DNA of 64,000 bases from Armatimonadota bacterium (GCA_039679675.1 JBDKUN010000009.1:22863-86862); one strand, 5' to 3'; shown: positions 29,480 through 39,783, counted from the stretch's first letter. A program made the numbers and translations. Notes: generated from the sequence alone by a model not told the origin.

Positions 29480-31027
29480 GTGCACTTTTTGATAAGCACA
29501 GTCGTGTTTTTTATCGTGCTCGGCGTGCTCGTGCTCGTCCATGAGTTCGGCCACTTCATTGTAGCCAAACTCACCGGGATGAAGGTGCATGAGTTCGCGT
29601 TCGGGTTCGGTCCGATACTTCTCAGGCTGTTCAAGCGCGGCGGCACTGAATATACAATCCATGCCATCCCTGCAGGCGGTTTTGTCCGCATTGCCGGTAT
29701 GGACCCGGGCGAAGATATGGCTGTCGAAGGCGGGTTCAACACAAAACCCATCTGGAAGCGCGCGCTGGTTATCTTTGCAGGGCCGTTTATGAGCCTGGTG
29801 CTGGGTTATATCGTGCTCCTTATGATGGGGTTTGTGTGGGGAATCGGAGTCACCGGAACGGCTATATACAAATTGCCGGAAGCCTCACCTGCTGCGGTAG
29901 CAGGGATGCAAAAAGGTGATGTAATTGTTTCCGTAGACGGAAAGCGTGTATACGACGGTTACGAACTGAGAAAAACTATCAACGGCGGCACAGGCAAGAT
30001 AACGACGGTCGTTGCGGAACGAAAAGGCGAGCAGAAGACATTTAGAATCAAGCCGATAATCGTCAGCATAAGGAAAATCGGAGTCATGCTTGATGACTCC
30101 AAACAAGTTATCAGGCAGGTAGCGGACGGCTCCGTCGCCGCGAAAGCCGGTTTGCGAAAAGGCGATGTAATATCATCTGTAGAAAACGCCAAGGGCGGCG
30201 GGACGAATGTCATCGTCAAGCGGAATGGCAAAGGCAAAGACCAGAAACTCAATGTCAAGTCGGAAATCACCGACCTTGACAGCTTCAAGAGGATCGGTGT
30301 TGTGCTTTGCGACCTTAAAACGACCGTAACTCAAGTGCAAGCTGGCTCCCCGGCTGCCAAAGCCGGACTTCTTAAAGGTGATGTGTTAGTCTCGGTGGAC
30401 GGGAAGAAGACTCCCACCAGCGACGACTTTGAGCAAGTCCTCAGCACCAGTGAAAAACCGGTTTCTACATTGGTAGTTGATCGCAGGGGAAAACAGATAA
30501 CGTTCGAAGTAAGGCCCAAGTTGTTCCAGCGGTCCATTGCAAGGCAAATAGGGATAATTCTCAACCAGAAGATGGTTTATACAAGGTTATTCAAGCAAAA
30601 GACCAAAGAAACCGGCAACACTGTATATACCAACTTGTTCGGCGGGATCAAAATCGGTACTGTCGAGACATATAGATTTACAGCTGATACCATTCAGGGG
30701 TTGTTCAGCAAGCAGATAAAGAACGCCGGCGGCATAGTCGCAATCGGTGTAGTGACCGGGCAGGCTGTAAAAAGTGGTATTCAGAGCATTTTCTTCCTCT
30801 TGGCGATGCTTTCTATCAGCCTTGCAGTCATTAACCTGGTACCGTTGATGGTACTCGACGGAGGACACCTGCTCCTTCTCCTCATAGAGAAGATCAGGGG
30901 CAAACCGCTCGATCCCCAAAAATGGTATTTAGTTCAATCTGTCGGGCTTTTCATCATCATCGGACTTGCAGTATTTATGGTAGGTTACGATTTGTCGAGA
31001 CTCGACATGTGGTCTAATTTTAAGTGA
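29480..31027 (+). CDS. rseP: RIP metalloprotease RseP with multiple PDZ domains
   Basis: HEFGH, NLVPLMVLDGG; three SPAA/SVAAKAG-L..GD PDZ-like segments. Confidence 0.93.
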   Translation: MHFLISTVVFFIVLGVLVLVHEFGHFIVAKLTGMKVHEFAFGFGPILLRLFKRGGTEYTIHAIPAGGFVRIAGMDPGEDMAVEGGFNTKPIWKRALVIFAGPFMSLVLGYIVLLMMGFVWGIGVTGTAIYKLPEASPAAVAGMQKGDVIVSVDGKRVYDGYELRKTINGGTGKITTVVAERKGEQKTFRIKPIIVSIRKIGVMLDDSKQVIRQVADGSVAAKAGLRKGDVISSVENAKGGGTNVIVKRNGKGKDQKLNVKSEITDLDSFKRIGVVLCDLKTTVTQVQAGSPAAKAGLLKGDVLVSVDGKKTPTSDDFEQVLSTSEKPVSTLVVDRRGKQITFEVRPKLFQRSIARQIGIILNQKMVYTRLFKQKTKETGNTVYTNLFGGIKIGTVETYRFTADTIQGLFSKQIKNAGGIVAIGVVTGQAVKSGIQSIFFLLAMLSISLAVINLVPLMVLDGGHLLLLLIEKIRGKPLDPQKWYLVQSVGLFIIIGLAVFMVGYDLSRLDMWSNFK

Positions 31028-32088
31028 TGATAGAGAGAAGAAAAACAAAAACAGTTAATGTCGGGGGCGTTGCTATCGGTGGTGACGCTCCCGTTTCCAT
31101 CCAGTCTATGACTACGACGGATACGCGCGACGCTAAAGCGACCATAGAGCAGATTAAGCGTCTGGAAGATGCCGGGTGCGACATTGTAAGAGTCGCAGTG
31201 CCTGATAAGGAAGCTGCTTCTGCCTTATCTGAAATTAAAAAAGGCATTGAAATCCCTCTTGTCGCCGATATACACTTCGACTACCGGCTCGCGCTAATGG
31301 CGCTTGAGGCCGGGGTCGATAAGCTCCGCATCAATCCGGGGAATATCGGCTCCCGCGAGCGCGTGGAGGCAGTTGCAAGGGCTGCTAAGGAGCGCGGCGT
31401 GCCGATTCGGATCGGCGCAAACGTCGGATCGATAGACAAAGAGCGTTACGGCCAGCCGACAGCCGAGACGCTTGCCCAGAGCGCGCTCGATCAGGTCAAA
31501 GTCCTCGAAGGACTGGATTTTACGGATATAGTTATCTCTCTGAAGTCGTTCGATGTGCCGATGTCTGTAGGAGCTTATAGAATCGTATCGAAAACCGTGC
31601 CTTACCCGCTTCACCTTGGGATTACCGAGGCAGGGCTGCCCTGGGAAGGGACAATACGCTCGGCGGTAGGAATCGGGGCTATGCTTGCAGAAGGTATCGG
31701 TGATACTTTGCGTGTATCGCTTACCGGCGACCCGGTGGAAGAGGTTGCAGTCGGGATAGAAATCCTGTCGGCGCTGAACTTAAGGAAAAAGCCGTATACT
31801 ATAGTCTCCTGCCCGACCTGCGGGAGATGCAATATAAACCTTGCCGGTATAGCGGGCGAAGTCCGGCGCCGTTTGGCGGAGAACCCGCCGTCCAGGCCCT
31901 TGAAAATAGCTGTAATGGGCTGCACAGTGAACGGCCCAGGCGAGGCTTCAATGGCCGATGTCGGAATAGCGGGCGGAGCTGGTATCGGGCTGCTGTTTTC
32001 CCGTGGAAAAATACTCCGCAGAGTCGATGAAAATCAGCTCGTGGATGAACTTATGAAGGAAATAGAGGGACTTGAGCGAAATACGTAA
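31024..32088 (+). CDS. ispG: 4-hydroxy-3-methylbut-2-en-1-yl diphosphate synthase
   Basis: PLVADIHFD, RINPGN, SCPTCGR, VMGCTVNGPGE. Confidence 0.98.
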   Translation: MMIERRKTKTVNVGGVAIGGDAPVSIQSMTTTDTRDAKATIEQIKRLEDAGCDIVRVAVPDKEAASALSEIKKGIEIPLVADIHFDYRLALMALEAGVDKLRINPGNIGSRERVEAVARAAKERGVPIRIGANVGSIDKERYGQPTAETLAQSALDQVKVLEGLDFTDIVISLKSFDVPMSVGAYRIVSKTVPYPLHLGITEAGLPWEGTIRSAVGIGAMLAEGIGDTLRVSLTGDPVEEVAVGIEILSALNLRKKPYTIVSCPTCGRCNINLAGIAGEVRRRLAENPPSRPLKIAVMGCTVNGPGEASMADVGIAGGAGIGLLFSRGKILRRVDENQLVDELMKEIEGLERNT

Positions 32089-32527
32089 AGCAAAGATTAC
32101 CGATGTATCTGCCATGCAGAAGTTGATAAACGACTTCGCGGACCGGGGCGATATGCTGCACAGGTCGTTGAACGATCTGTACGAGAATATCAGAGATTTT
32201 TATGTGCTCGAAACCGGCGGGCAGGTGAAGGGCTGCTGCGCGCTTCACGTCAGTTGGGGCGACTTGGCGGAAGTCAAGGCGCTGGTCGTAGCCGATGAGC
32301 TCCAAGGCCAGGGCTGGGGCAGACGGCTCGTGGAGAAGTGCGTTGCGGACGCCCGTGAACTCAGCATCCCGAAGGTATTTACGCTCACTTATAAGCCAGG
32401 GTTCTTCGTGAAGGTCGGCTTTGCGAAGATAGACATGGACAATCTGCCGAGAAAAATCTGGTCCGAGTGCATCAATTGTCCGAAATACCCGGACTGCGGC
32501 GAAGAAGCGCTGGTCAGAGAAGCATAG
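32072..32527 (+). CDS. GNAT N-acetyltransferase (short ArgA-like)
   Basis: LYENIRDF, LAEVKALVV..QGQGWG, LPRKIWSECINCPK. Confidence 0.85.
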   Translation: MSEIRKAKITDVSAMQKLINDFADRGDMLHRSLNDLYENIRDFYVLETGGQVKGCCALHVSWGDLAEVKALVVADELQGQGWGRRLVEKCVADARELSIPKVFTLTYKPGFFVKVGFAKIDMDNLPRKIWSECINCPKYPDCGEEALVREA

Positions 32528-32533
32528 TTAATT

Positions 32534-32863
32534 ATGAAGCAGAATATCCAACTCGATGCATCTGTGCTCAATGATCTGGTGGAACGAATATTGGATGTAT
32601 CTCATCCATCGAAGATCATTCTCTTCGGCTCGGCTGCGCGCGGCGAGTTAAAGACGGAAAGCGATCTTGATGTGCTGGTAATAATGCCTGATGGCAACAA
32701 CCGAAATGAGACTGCAAAGAAGATATATCGCAACCTGATCGGCTTCAGTATTGCTGTGGATGTAGTTGTTGCTACTGAGACCGATGTACGCCGGTTTGGG
32801 GACAAACGAAGTCTGGTTTATTATCCTGCACTGCGTGAAGGAAGGGAACTTTATGCCGCCTGA
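32534..32863 (+). CDS. Minimal nucleotidyltransferase (MNT) antitoxin-like protein
   Basis: KIILFGSAARG...SDLDVLV; ALREGRELY. Confidence 0.88.
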   Translation: MKQNIQLDASVLNDLVERILDVSHPSKIILFGSAARGELKTESDLDVLVIMPDGNNRNETAKKIYRNLIGFSIAVDVVVATETDVRRFGDKRSLVYYPALREGRELYAA

Positions 32864-33017
32864 GCAAATTGAGCCGGGAAGTGCTGCCGAACTGACCAGC
32901 TATGCTGTGCATATGCGTTATCCCAGCACTGCCGAAGAGGCAACTGAAGGTGATTATAAACAGGCTATCAAGATCGCCAAAGCGGTGTTGAGGTGGGCTG
33001 AACAAATTATTAAGTAA
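32853..33017 (+). pseudogene. Internally deleted HEPN-domain gene (54 aa)
   Basis: Overlaps the MNT stop. N-terminus MPPEQIEPGS is fused directly to the HEPN C-terminal helix AAELTSYAVHMRYP...AIKIAKAVLRWA. Confidence 0.65.
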
Positions 33018-33090
33018 CATATAGAGTTAGTGAATGGAGGAATAGCCGCCAGATTTGCTGATTGCTGACGGCTGATAACTGATAGCTAAA

Positions 33091-34827
33091 ATGAGAGCAA
33101 CGCAATTATTTTTTCCGACACTGAGAGAAGTCCCTGCCGAGGCGGAAATCGCAAGCCACAGGCTGCTTCTGCGCGGCGGATTCATTCGAAAACTTGCTGC
33201 AGGCGTTTACTCGTACCTGCCGCTCGGCTATAAGGTCATAAAAAAGATAGAGGGCATAATCCGTGAAGAGACGGATGCAGCAGGCGGACAGGAACTGCTC
33301 ATGCCTGCGCTTCAGCCTGCCGAACTCTGGCAGGAGTCCGGCAGGTGGGACGTGGATGTCCTCTACAAGCTGGAAGACCGGTCAAACCGCTGGCATGGGC
33401 TCGGCATGACGCATGAAGAGGTCGTAACCGATATAGCGCGCCACGATATACGGTCATACCGCCAGCTCCCACTCAATCTCTACCAGATTCAGACTAAGTT
33501 CAGGGACGAGCCTAGGCCGAGGGGCGGGGTCATCCGGGGCCGCGAGTTCATAATGCTCGATTCCTACACATTCGACCGGACTGATGAAGAACTCGACCTG
33601 TCTTATCATAAGATGTATGTCGCTTTCTCCCGCGCGTATGCGAGGTGCGGGGTCGATTTCCTCGTTGTGGAGGCAGAATCAGGCGCAATCGGCGGCAAGG
33701 ACAACCAGGAGTTTACCGTTCCGGCTTCGGCAGGCGAGGATATAATCCTGCACTGCAAAAATTGCAACTATGCAGCCAACTCCGAACGTGCGGAGATTGC
33801 CGACAGGGGTTATGCGCCCTCGACGGATGCCCAAAAGCCACTGACAGCGCTCGATACACCCGGCGCAAAGACCATAGAGCAGGTGACAGGGTTCCTGAAG
33901 GCGTCGCCGAAGAAACTCGTCAAGACGCTTCTCTACCTGGCTGACGGAAAGCCGGTCGCGGCGCTTATAAGAGGCGACAGAGAGCTTAACGAAGCCAAAT
34001 TCAGCCGCGCAATCGGAGCCGAAAAGCTCGAAATGGCTGATCCGGAGACGATCCAAAGAGTGACAAAAGCGGAAGTCAGGTTTTCCGGCCCTGTCGGGCT
34101 GTCCGGTGTTGCCATATACGCAGATTATGAGATCCGCGCGATGGCGAATTTCATCACGGGGGCCAACAAGACGGATACTCATTATGTCAATGTCAACATC
34201 GACCGCGATTTCAAGGTGGACCAGTGGGCTGATCTGCGGGTGGCGTCGGAAGGCGATCCATGTCCGAGGTGCGAAGGCACGCTCGACGCAGTGAGGGGAA
34301 TAGAGATCGGGCATATCTTCAAGCTTGGAACCAAATACTCCAAGACGCTCGATGCTACCTTCATTGACGAGGACGGACAGGAAAAGAACTTCATAATGGG
34401 ATGCTACGGGCTTGGCGTCTCAAGGCTCCTTGCAGCTATTCCTGAAGCAAATCATGACAAAGACGGTATCGTCTGGCCGATTTCCATCGCGCCGTTCGAA
34501 GCTGTAGTGCTGCTTCTGAACCCAGAGGACGAAACGCAGGCGCAGGCAGCCGCGCGGGTTTATGAGGAGCTTGAGGGGCGAGGCGTAGACGTGCTTCTGG
34601 ATGACCGCGACGAGCGCTCAGGAGTGAAATTCAAGGACTCAGATCTCATCGGAATCCCGGTGCAGATAGTCGTCGGCAGGCTCGCATCTGAAGGCAAGGT
34701 AGAAGTAAGACTGCGGCGCAATAAGGAAAGCCGGGAATTGACGCTCGATCAGGCGACAGATGAGATTACGGCTTTGATTGAATCCGAAAAGCGCCTACTT
34801 CTCGACGTAGCGGATAAATATAGATAG
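33091..34827 (+). CDS. proS: Proline--tRNA ligase
   Basis: LYQIQTKFRDEPRPRGG, editing insertion, GIEIGHIFKLG, MGCYGLG. Confidence 0.98.
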   Translation: MRATQLFFPTLREVPAEAEIASHRLLLRGGFIRKLAAGVYSYLPLGYKVIKKIEGIIREETDAAGGQELLMPALQPAELWQESGRWDVDVLYKLEDRSNRWHGLGMTHEEVVTDIARHDIRSYRQLPLNLYQIQTKFRDEPRPRGGVIRGREFIMLDSYTFDRTDEELDLSYHKMYVAFSRAYARCGVDFLVVEAESGAIGGKDNQEFTVPASAGEDIILHCKNCNYAANSERAEIADRGYAPSTDAQKPLTALDTPGAKTIEQVTGFLKASPKKLVKTLLYLADGKPVAALIRGDRELNEAKFSRAIGAEKLEMADPETIQRVTKAEVRFSGPVGLSGVAIYADYEIRAMANFITGANKTDTHYVNVNIDRDFKVDQWADLRVASEGDPCPRCEGTLDAVRGIEIGHIFKLGTKYSKTLDATFIDEDGQEKNFIMGCYGLGVSRLLAAIPEANHDKDGIVWPISIAPFEAVVLLLNPEDETQAQAAARVYEELEGRGVDVLLDDRDERSGVKFKDSDLIGIPVQIVVGRLASEGKVEVRLRRNKESRELTLDQATDEITALIESEKRLLLDVADKYR

Positions 34828-34831
34828 CTAC

Positions 34832-35491
34832 ATGACGAACAATGAACTGATCACAATGGTGCTCAGACTGCTTTTAGCGGTTGTGCTCGGCGGGCTGATC
34901 GGGCTGGAGCGGGAGGCTCACGGCAGGCCTGCGGGGCTCCGCACGCATATACTTGTCTCGCTTGGGGCGGCGCTCTTTACGATAATCTCGCAGTCATATA
35001 CGGGCGCAAGATCAGACCCAAGCCGGATTGCAAGCCAGATTGTAAGCGGAATAGGTTTTCTGGGAGCCGGGACGATTATCCGGCAGGGGAGCATCATCCG
35101 TGGCCTGACGACAGCCGCAAGCCTTTGGACAACAGCCGCCATCGGGATGGCCGTAGGCGCGGGCGGTTCACTTATCTATCTTGCGATTGTTTCGAGCGTC
35201 ATCGTATTCCTGACCTTGAGCATAATAAGCCGTCTTGAGAACGCAATGATCAGCAGGCAGAGTGTAAGGGATCTGGTTGTTGTTTTTTCGCAGGGCAGAG
35301 CCGGTGTAATGAGTGTACTGGAGGCCTTCAGCAGATACGGAGTAACGGTCACAGGAGTCCGAAGTGAGGAAACGGAATCTGAGGCTGTCGAAACCCGGTT
35401 CAGCGTGAGGCTTCCTGCGGGGATCGATATATCGGCCATTAACCATGATCTGGTCGCGCTTTCCGAGATCAGATCGTTTACGTGGGACTAA
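34832..35491 (+). CDS. MgtC/SapB family protein
   Basis: IGLERE...AGLRTH; RIASQIVSGIGFLGAG; GLTTAASLW. Confidence 0.93.
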   Translation: MTNNELITMVLRLLLAVVLGGLIGLEREAHGRPAGLRTHILVSLGAALFTIISQSYTGARSDPSRIASQIVSGIGFLGAGTIIRQGSIIRGLTTAASLWTTAAIGMAVGAGGSLIYLAIVSSVIVFLTLSIISRLENAMISRQSVRDLVVVFSQGRAGVMSVLEAFSRYGVTVTGVRSEETESEAVETRFSVRLPAGIDISAINHDLVALSEIRSFTWD

Positions 35492-35536
35492 TAAAGCGCA
35501 ATCGAATGCAGCATCCCAGACGTATATAGAAGTAAT

Positions 35537-36031
35537 ATGAAACTCTATTACACGATTGTTGAAACGCCTTTCGGCTGGTTACTGGCGGTGTGGAGGGACG
35601 GTAAACTGATCAAAATCAACCTCCCGAAGCCGACAAGAGAGGCAGCCCTGGCAGAAGCGCCTGATGGGGCAGCCGAATCTTCGGATGGGTTTGGCGACTT
35701 CGTCGAACGTCTGCGTCTCTATTTCAATGGAGAAGCGGTCGATTTTTCCGATGTTCCTGTCGAATTCGATGCGCTTGGGGAATTCGAAGAAAAAGTGCTT
35801 CTGGAAGCGATGAAAACGCCGTTCGGCAGGCTCATAAGCTATGGCGACCTTGCAGCGCTGGCCGGATCGCCCCGCGCAGCGCGCGCCGTCGGAAACGCGA
35901 TGAGAAAGAACCCCCTGCCGATTGTAGTGCCGTGCCACCGGGTGGTGCACAGCGACGGCAGCCTTGGAGGTTACATGGGAGGGCTCGATCTCAAGCGCAA
36001 GCTCCTGGCTTTGGAGGGAATTACATTATGA
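35537..36031 (+). CDS. ogt: Methylated-DNA--protein-cysteine methyltransferase
   Basis: AARAVG...NPLPIVVPCHRVV...GGY. Confidence 0.95.
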   Translation: MKLYYTIVETPFGWLLAVWRDGKLIKINLPKPTREAALAEAPDGAAESSDGFGDFVERLRLYFNGEAVDFSDVPVEFDALGEFEEKVLLEAMKTPFGRLISYGDLAALAGSPRAARAVGNAMRKNPLPIVVPCHRVVHSDGSLGGYMGGLDLKRKLLALEGITL

Positions 36032-36396
36032 ACTTCATTATCCGTTGGTTGGGCGGGGTGCTGGCTGCATGGCTTACGATCCAGATCGGTCAAGCGCTTG
36101 GTATCGGGTTAAGATGGGGCGGGTTTGTGAAAGCACTGCTCTTTGTGCTGGTGCTGGGCATCGTGAACGCGGTCATCCGTCCGATAGTCAAGCTATTTAC
36201 TCTGCCGCTCACCTGTCTCACATTCGGGCTGTTCGCATTCGTGCTGAACGCGCTTTTCTTCTGGATCGCGGCGGTATTAACCGGAGGGGTCGAGGTCGAA
36301 AATTTCCTGGCTGCGCTTTTCGGCTCGGTGGTGCTCAGTATATTGAGCGGCATAATCAACAGTTTCGTGAAGTTGAGGCCCAATAGACGGGATTAA
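36028..36396 (+). CDS. Phage holin family (YvlD-like) membrane protein
   Basis: VNAVIRPIVKLFTLPLTCLTFGLF..VLNA. Confidence 0.88.
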   Translation: MNFIIRWLGGVLAAWLTIQIGQALGIGLRWGGFVKALLFVLVLGIVNAVIRPIVKLFTLPLTCLTFGLFAFVLNALFFWIAAVLTGGVEVENFLAALFGSVVLSILSGIINSFVKLRPNRRD

Positions 36397-36415
36397 AGAT
36401 AGTGAGGAATGTAAG

Positions 36416-37303
36416 TTGCATAAACCGCACAAACAGCTTGTTGTAGTGACCGGAATGTCCGGGGCAGGAAAAACGCTCGCCATACGGACATTCGAGGATC
36501 TCAACTATTTCTGTATAGATAACCTGCCTCCTGATCTTTTGGCGAACCTGGTCAACCTGTGGAAAGAATCGGGAGCGCGGTCCGAGGACCTGGCGATAGT
36601 CGTCGATGTCCGCACGGGCCAGTTCTTCGGCGATTTTCTTCAGGCTTACAAAGAGCTGGCGACCACGCGTGTTGAAGGCTACGGTAAGGCAAAGATACTT
36701 TTCCTTGACGCATCCGACCCGGTGCTGGTCCGGCGGTTCAAGGAGACTCGCAGAAAACACCCGTTGGTGACCGGGGACCGCGGCATTCTTGAAAGCATAA
36801 AAGAAGAGCGGAGGCTCCTGGCCGACATCAAGGAGCAGGCCGATAAGATCGTCGATACCTCCAACCTGGAACCGGAGAGTCTGCGCAGGGAGATCCGCCA
36901 GTATTTCGGCTCCAAAAATGCGGGCGAGGGCATGGTGATAACCGTAGCTTCGTTCGGATACAAGCACGGTATCCCGCTGGATGCCGATCTGGTGTTCGAC
37001 GTGCGGTTTCTTGCCAACCCATACTGGGTGAAGAGTCTATCCGGGCTCGATGGAACGCATGAGGAAGTGCGCCATTACGTACTTTCCGACCCCATGACGG
37101 AACCTCTCATGGAGCGGCTTTGCGGGCTGGTTGAGTTCTCCATACCGCAATACGAGCAGGAAGGCAAGGCATATCTGACTATCGCCATCGGCTGCACGGG
37201 CGGCAGGCACAGGTCGGTTGTAATTGCCAATGAGCTCGCGCAGTACCTGGCCGCGAGAGGGTCGAATGTTGTCGTAGAACACAGAGATTGCCCGAAAGGC
37301 TGA
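36416..37303 (+). CDS. rapZ: RNase adapter RapZ/YvcJ
   Basis: VTGMSGAGK, CIDNLP, SFGYKHG, IGCTGGRHRSV. Confidence 0.95.
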   Translation: MHKPHKQLVVVTGMSGAGKTLAIRTFEDLNYFCIDNLPPDLLANLVNLWKESGARSEDLAIVVDVRTGQFFGDFLQAYKELATTRVEGYGKAKILFLDASDPVLVRRFKETRRKHPLVTGDRGILESIKEERRLLADIKEQADKIVDTSNLEPESLRREIRQYFGSKNAGEGMVITVASFGYKHGIPLDADLVFDVRFLANPYWVKSLSGLDGTHEEVRHYVLSDPMTEPLMERLCGLVEFSIPQYEQEGKAYLTIAIGCTGGRHRSVVIANELAQYLAARGSNVVVEHRDCPKG

Positions 37304-37306
37304 CGA

Positions 37307-38602
37307 ATGAAAGGCTTTTGGAGCTCGTTTAAATGGTTATATCCGGGGATGAAGGTCAAGCGCTGGCTGATGCTGGTGCCCATCGGCGCGTTTGCGATAG
37401 TTGTGGGAGTCGCTCTCCTGGCTAATGTCGCCGTCTTCGATTACCTCCAGATTATAGCCCACTTCTGCATGGTGCGGTTCGGAATAGACTTGGAACAGCC
37501 GGTAACTCTCATTACAGTCAGCACCAGCTTGATGGTCTTTGGCCTTGCGCTCATATTTGTGGCGATCAGGCAGGTGATCCGCTCCATAATCAGTGTGGTA
37601 GACCCGGCAGCGCAGAATAAGCTCGCGGATGTGATATTTCAGAAACGCTACCTCGCGCAGGGGAACAGAATAGTCGTTATAGGCGGCGGCACCGGCCTTT
37701 CCACGATGCTCAGAGGTTTGAAGCAGTATTCCAGCAACATCGTAGCCATAGTAACCGTGACCGACGACGGGGGAAGCTCCGGCGTTCTCCACAGAGAGCT
37801 TGGAATGCTGCCTCCGGGGGATATTCGGAACTGTCTTGTCGCTCTGGCCGATGAAGAACCTCTCATGACGGAGCTTTTTCAATACCGGTTCGACAGCGGA
37901 AACAGCTGGCTGCAGGGCCATTCCTTCGGCAACCTGCTTATCGCCGCTATGACGAACATCACAGGAGATTTTGAGCGGGCTGTCAAAGAGACAAGCAACA
38001 TTCTGGCCATTCGCGGCCAGGTTCTTCCATCGACGATAGATGATGTTTCGCTCCATGCAGAGTTGGAAGACGGCACTCTGGCCGATGGGGAGACGAACAT
38101 CGTCACATCCGGGCAGCCAATCAAGCATATTTTCCTTACTCCGGCTGAGGTCAAGCCGCTCGAAGAGACGATACAGGCGATAAAGCTGGCTGATGCCATC
38201 GTAATCGGGCCGGGAAGTGTCTACACGAGCATTATCCCGAACCTTCTGGTTGACGGAATAGCCGATGCGATAGCCGAATCGAATGCTGTGAAGGTTTACG
38301 TATGTAATGTGATGACCCAGCCGGGAGAAACGGATGGTTTTACGGCATCTGAACACGTCTGTGCGCTGGAAAAGCATGTAGGCAGGAAGATATTTAACTA
38401 TGTCCTGGTCAACCGGCAGGTACCGCACCTCGAACTGCTCGAAAAATACCGGGGAAAAGGCGCGGAACTCGTCCTGCCGGACGTAGACAAGATCCGCGAG
38501 ATGGGCTATCGTGCTGTTGTCGGCGATTTTATGAGCCAGACGGAAGTCGTCCGTCACGACCCGCAGCAGCTCGCCGATGCGATTATGCGGTTGATGTATT
38601 AG
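37307..38602 (+). CDS. yvcK: Gluconeogenesis factor YvcK/GlmR with N-terminal TM segments
   Basis: GGGTGL, DDGGSSG, PPGDIRN, GPGSVYTS. Confidence 0.92.
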   Translation: MKGFWSSFKWLYPGMKVKRWLMLVPIGAFAIVVGVALLANVAVFDYLQIIAHFCMVRFGIDLEQPVTLITVSTSLMVFGLALIFVAIRQVIRSIISVVDPAAQNKLADVIFQKRYLAQGNRIVVIGGGTGLSTMLRGLKQYSSNIVAIVTVTDDGGSSGVLHRELGMLPPGDIRNCLVALADEEPLMTELFQYRFDSGNSWLQGHSFGNLLIAAMTNITGDFERAVKETSNILAIRGQVLPSTIDDVSLHAELEDGTLADGETNIVTSGQPIKHIFLTPAEVKPLEETIQAIKLADAIVIGPGSVYTSIIPNLLVDGIADAIAESNAVKVYVCNVMTQPGETDGFTASEHVCALEKHVGRKIFNYVLVNRQVPHLELLEKYRGKGAELVLPDVDKIREMGYRAVVGDFMSQTEVVRHDPQQLADAIMRLMY

Positions 38603-38645
38603 CCGGATAGGATTTAGGGATACAGAGATTTGTGACTGTCGATAG

Positions 38646-38674
38646 AAAAGCGGCGTCAAGCTGCCGCACTCCAA
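38646..38674. repeat. Short REP-like element AAAGCGGCGTCAAGCTGCCGCACTCCAAA
   Basis: GCGGC...GCCGC hairpin with an ACTCCAAA tail, intergenic. Confidence 0.5.
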
Positions 38675-38680
38675 AGAAAA

Positions 38681-39292
38681 TTGGTAGGATTTGTGATCTC
38701 GCATAGATTAATACTGGCTTCTGCGTCGCCCAGGCGGCGGGAACTGCTTTCGCTTATATGTCCGGACTTCGAAGTTGTACCGTCCGGTTTTGACGAATCG
38801 AATATGCCGTCCGACCTTTCACCGAAGGATCATGTTATTATGTCAGCAAAGGAAAAAGCTCAGGACGTGACGGCAAAAGTGACGGATGGGATTGTTATAG
38901 GGTCAGATACGGTAGTCTCTGTCGATGAGCAGATTCTCGGCAAGCCTCAGGATGAATGCGATGCGGCCCGCATGCTTCGGATGCTCTCCGGCAGGACGCA
39001 CCATGTCTATACGGGGATACACGTCATAGATATCCGGAAGGATGAGCGGCGGGAAAGAAGCGATTTTGAGTGCACGGATGTCCGTTTTCGAGAGCTTACC
39101 GATAGGATGATCGAACGTTACATCGCAACAGGCGAGCCGATGGACAAGGCTGGGGCGTATGCGATACAGGGGCGCGGTTCGGTGCTCATAAAAGGCATAT
39201 CAGGCTGCTATTTTAACGTAGTAGGGCTGCCGGTCTATAAGCTTGGACTGATTCTGGAAGAGTTCGGATTGGAGGCGCTTACCTGTAGATGA
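38681..39292 (+). CDS. maf: Maf nucleotide pyrophosphatase
   Basis: LILASASPRRRELL, LGKP, DKAGAYAIQG, NVVGLP. Confidence 0.95.
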   Translation: MVGFVISHRLILASASPRRRELLSLICPDFEVVPSGFDESNMPSDLSPKDHVIMSAKEKAQDVTAKVTDGIVIGSDTVVSVDEQILGKPQDECDAARMLRMLSGRTHHVYTGIHVIDIRKDERRERSDFECTDVRFRELTDRMIERYIATGEPMDKAGAYAIQGRGSVLIKGISGCYFNVVGLPVYKLGLILEEFGLEALTCR

Positions 39293-39711
39293 AAATAGCT
39301 GTTATTGATGGCATGGGCGGCGGAATAGGCGCGCAGATCGTGTCCCGGCTCAGGCAGATAGTATCGGGCTCGCATCAGCTGATCGCGCTCGGCACGAATG
39401 CGGCAGCTACGACAGGGATGATCAAAGCCGGGGCGGACATCGGTGCAACCGGAGAGAACGCCATTGTTGTGACTGTTCCCAGGATGGATGTCATCGTCGG
39501 ACCGATAGGGATAATCATCCCGAACTCGCTTATGGGTGAGATCACGCCGGCAGTTGCCGAAACGGTAGCATCAGCCGGAGCGGTCAAGGTTCTGATACCG
39601 GTTCAACAGCCGCATGTGGAGATTGTCGGGTTCGAATCCAGGCCGCTTTCGGCTGCGCTGGATGATGTGGCAGCACGGGTTTCAGAACTTGTATGCAATA
39701 TGCCAAACTGA
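39289..39711 (+). CDS. DUF3842 family protein
   Basis: VIDGMGGGIG...GTNAAAT...ATGENA...GEITP. Confidence 0.85.
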   Translation: MKIAVIDGMGGGIGAQIVSRLRQIVSGSHQLIALGTNAAATTGMIKAGADIGATGENAIVVTVPRMDVIVGPIGIIIPNSLMGEITPAVAETVASAGAVKVLIPVQQPHVEIVGFESRPLSAALDDVAARVSELVCNMPN

Positions 39712-39783
39712 TATAATGTCGGGTAAGTTTATTAGATCTGGTCGAGCTTAATTACCCAGCCGGCCGAGAGAGGAGAGTTTGCA

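Noticed and set aside
36028-36396. Holin as evidence of a prophage
   Set aside because: The YvlD-like family normally sits near rapZ/yvcK, and no other phage genes are present.
37337-38704. Long antisense ORFs (455 aa here; also 6590-7507, 7855-8820, 42973-43842, 45013-45873)
   Set aside because: Shadow frames opposite well-supported genes in GC-rich DNA, with no recognisable motifs.
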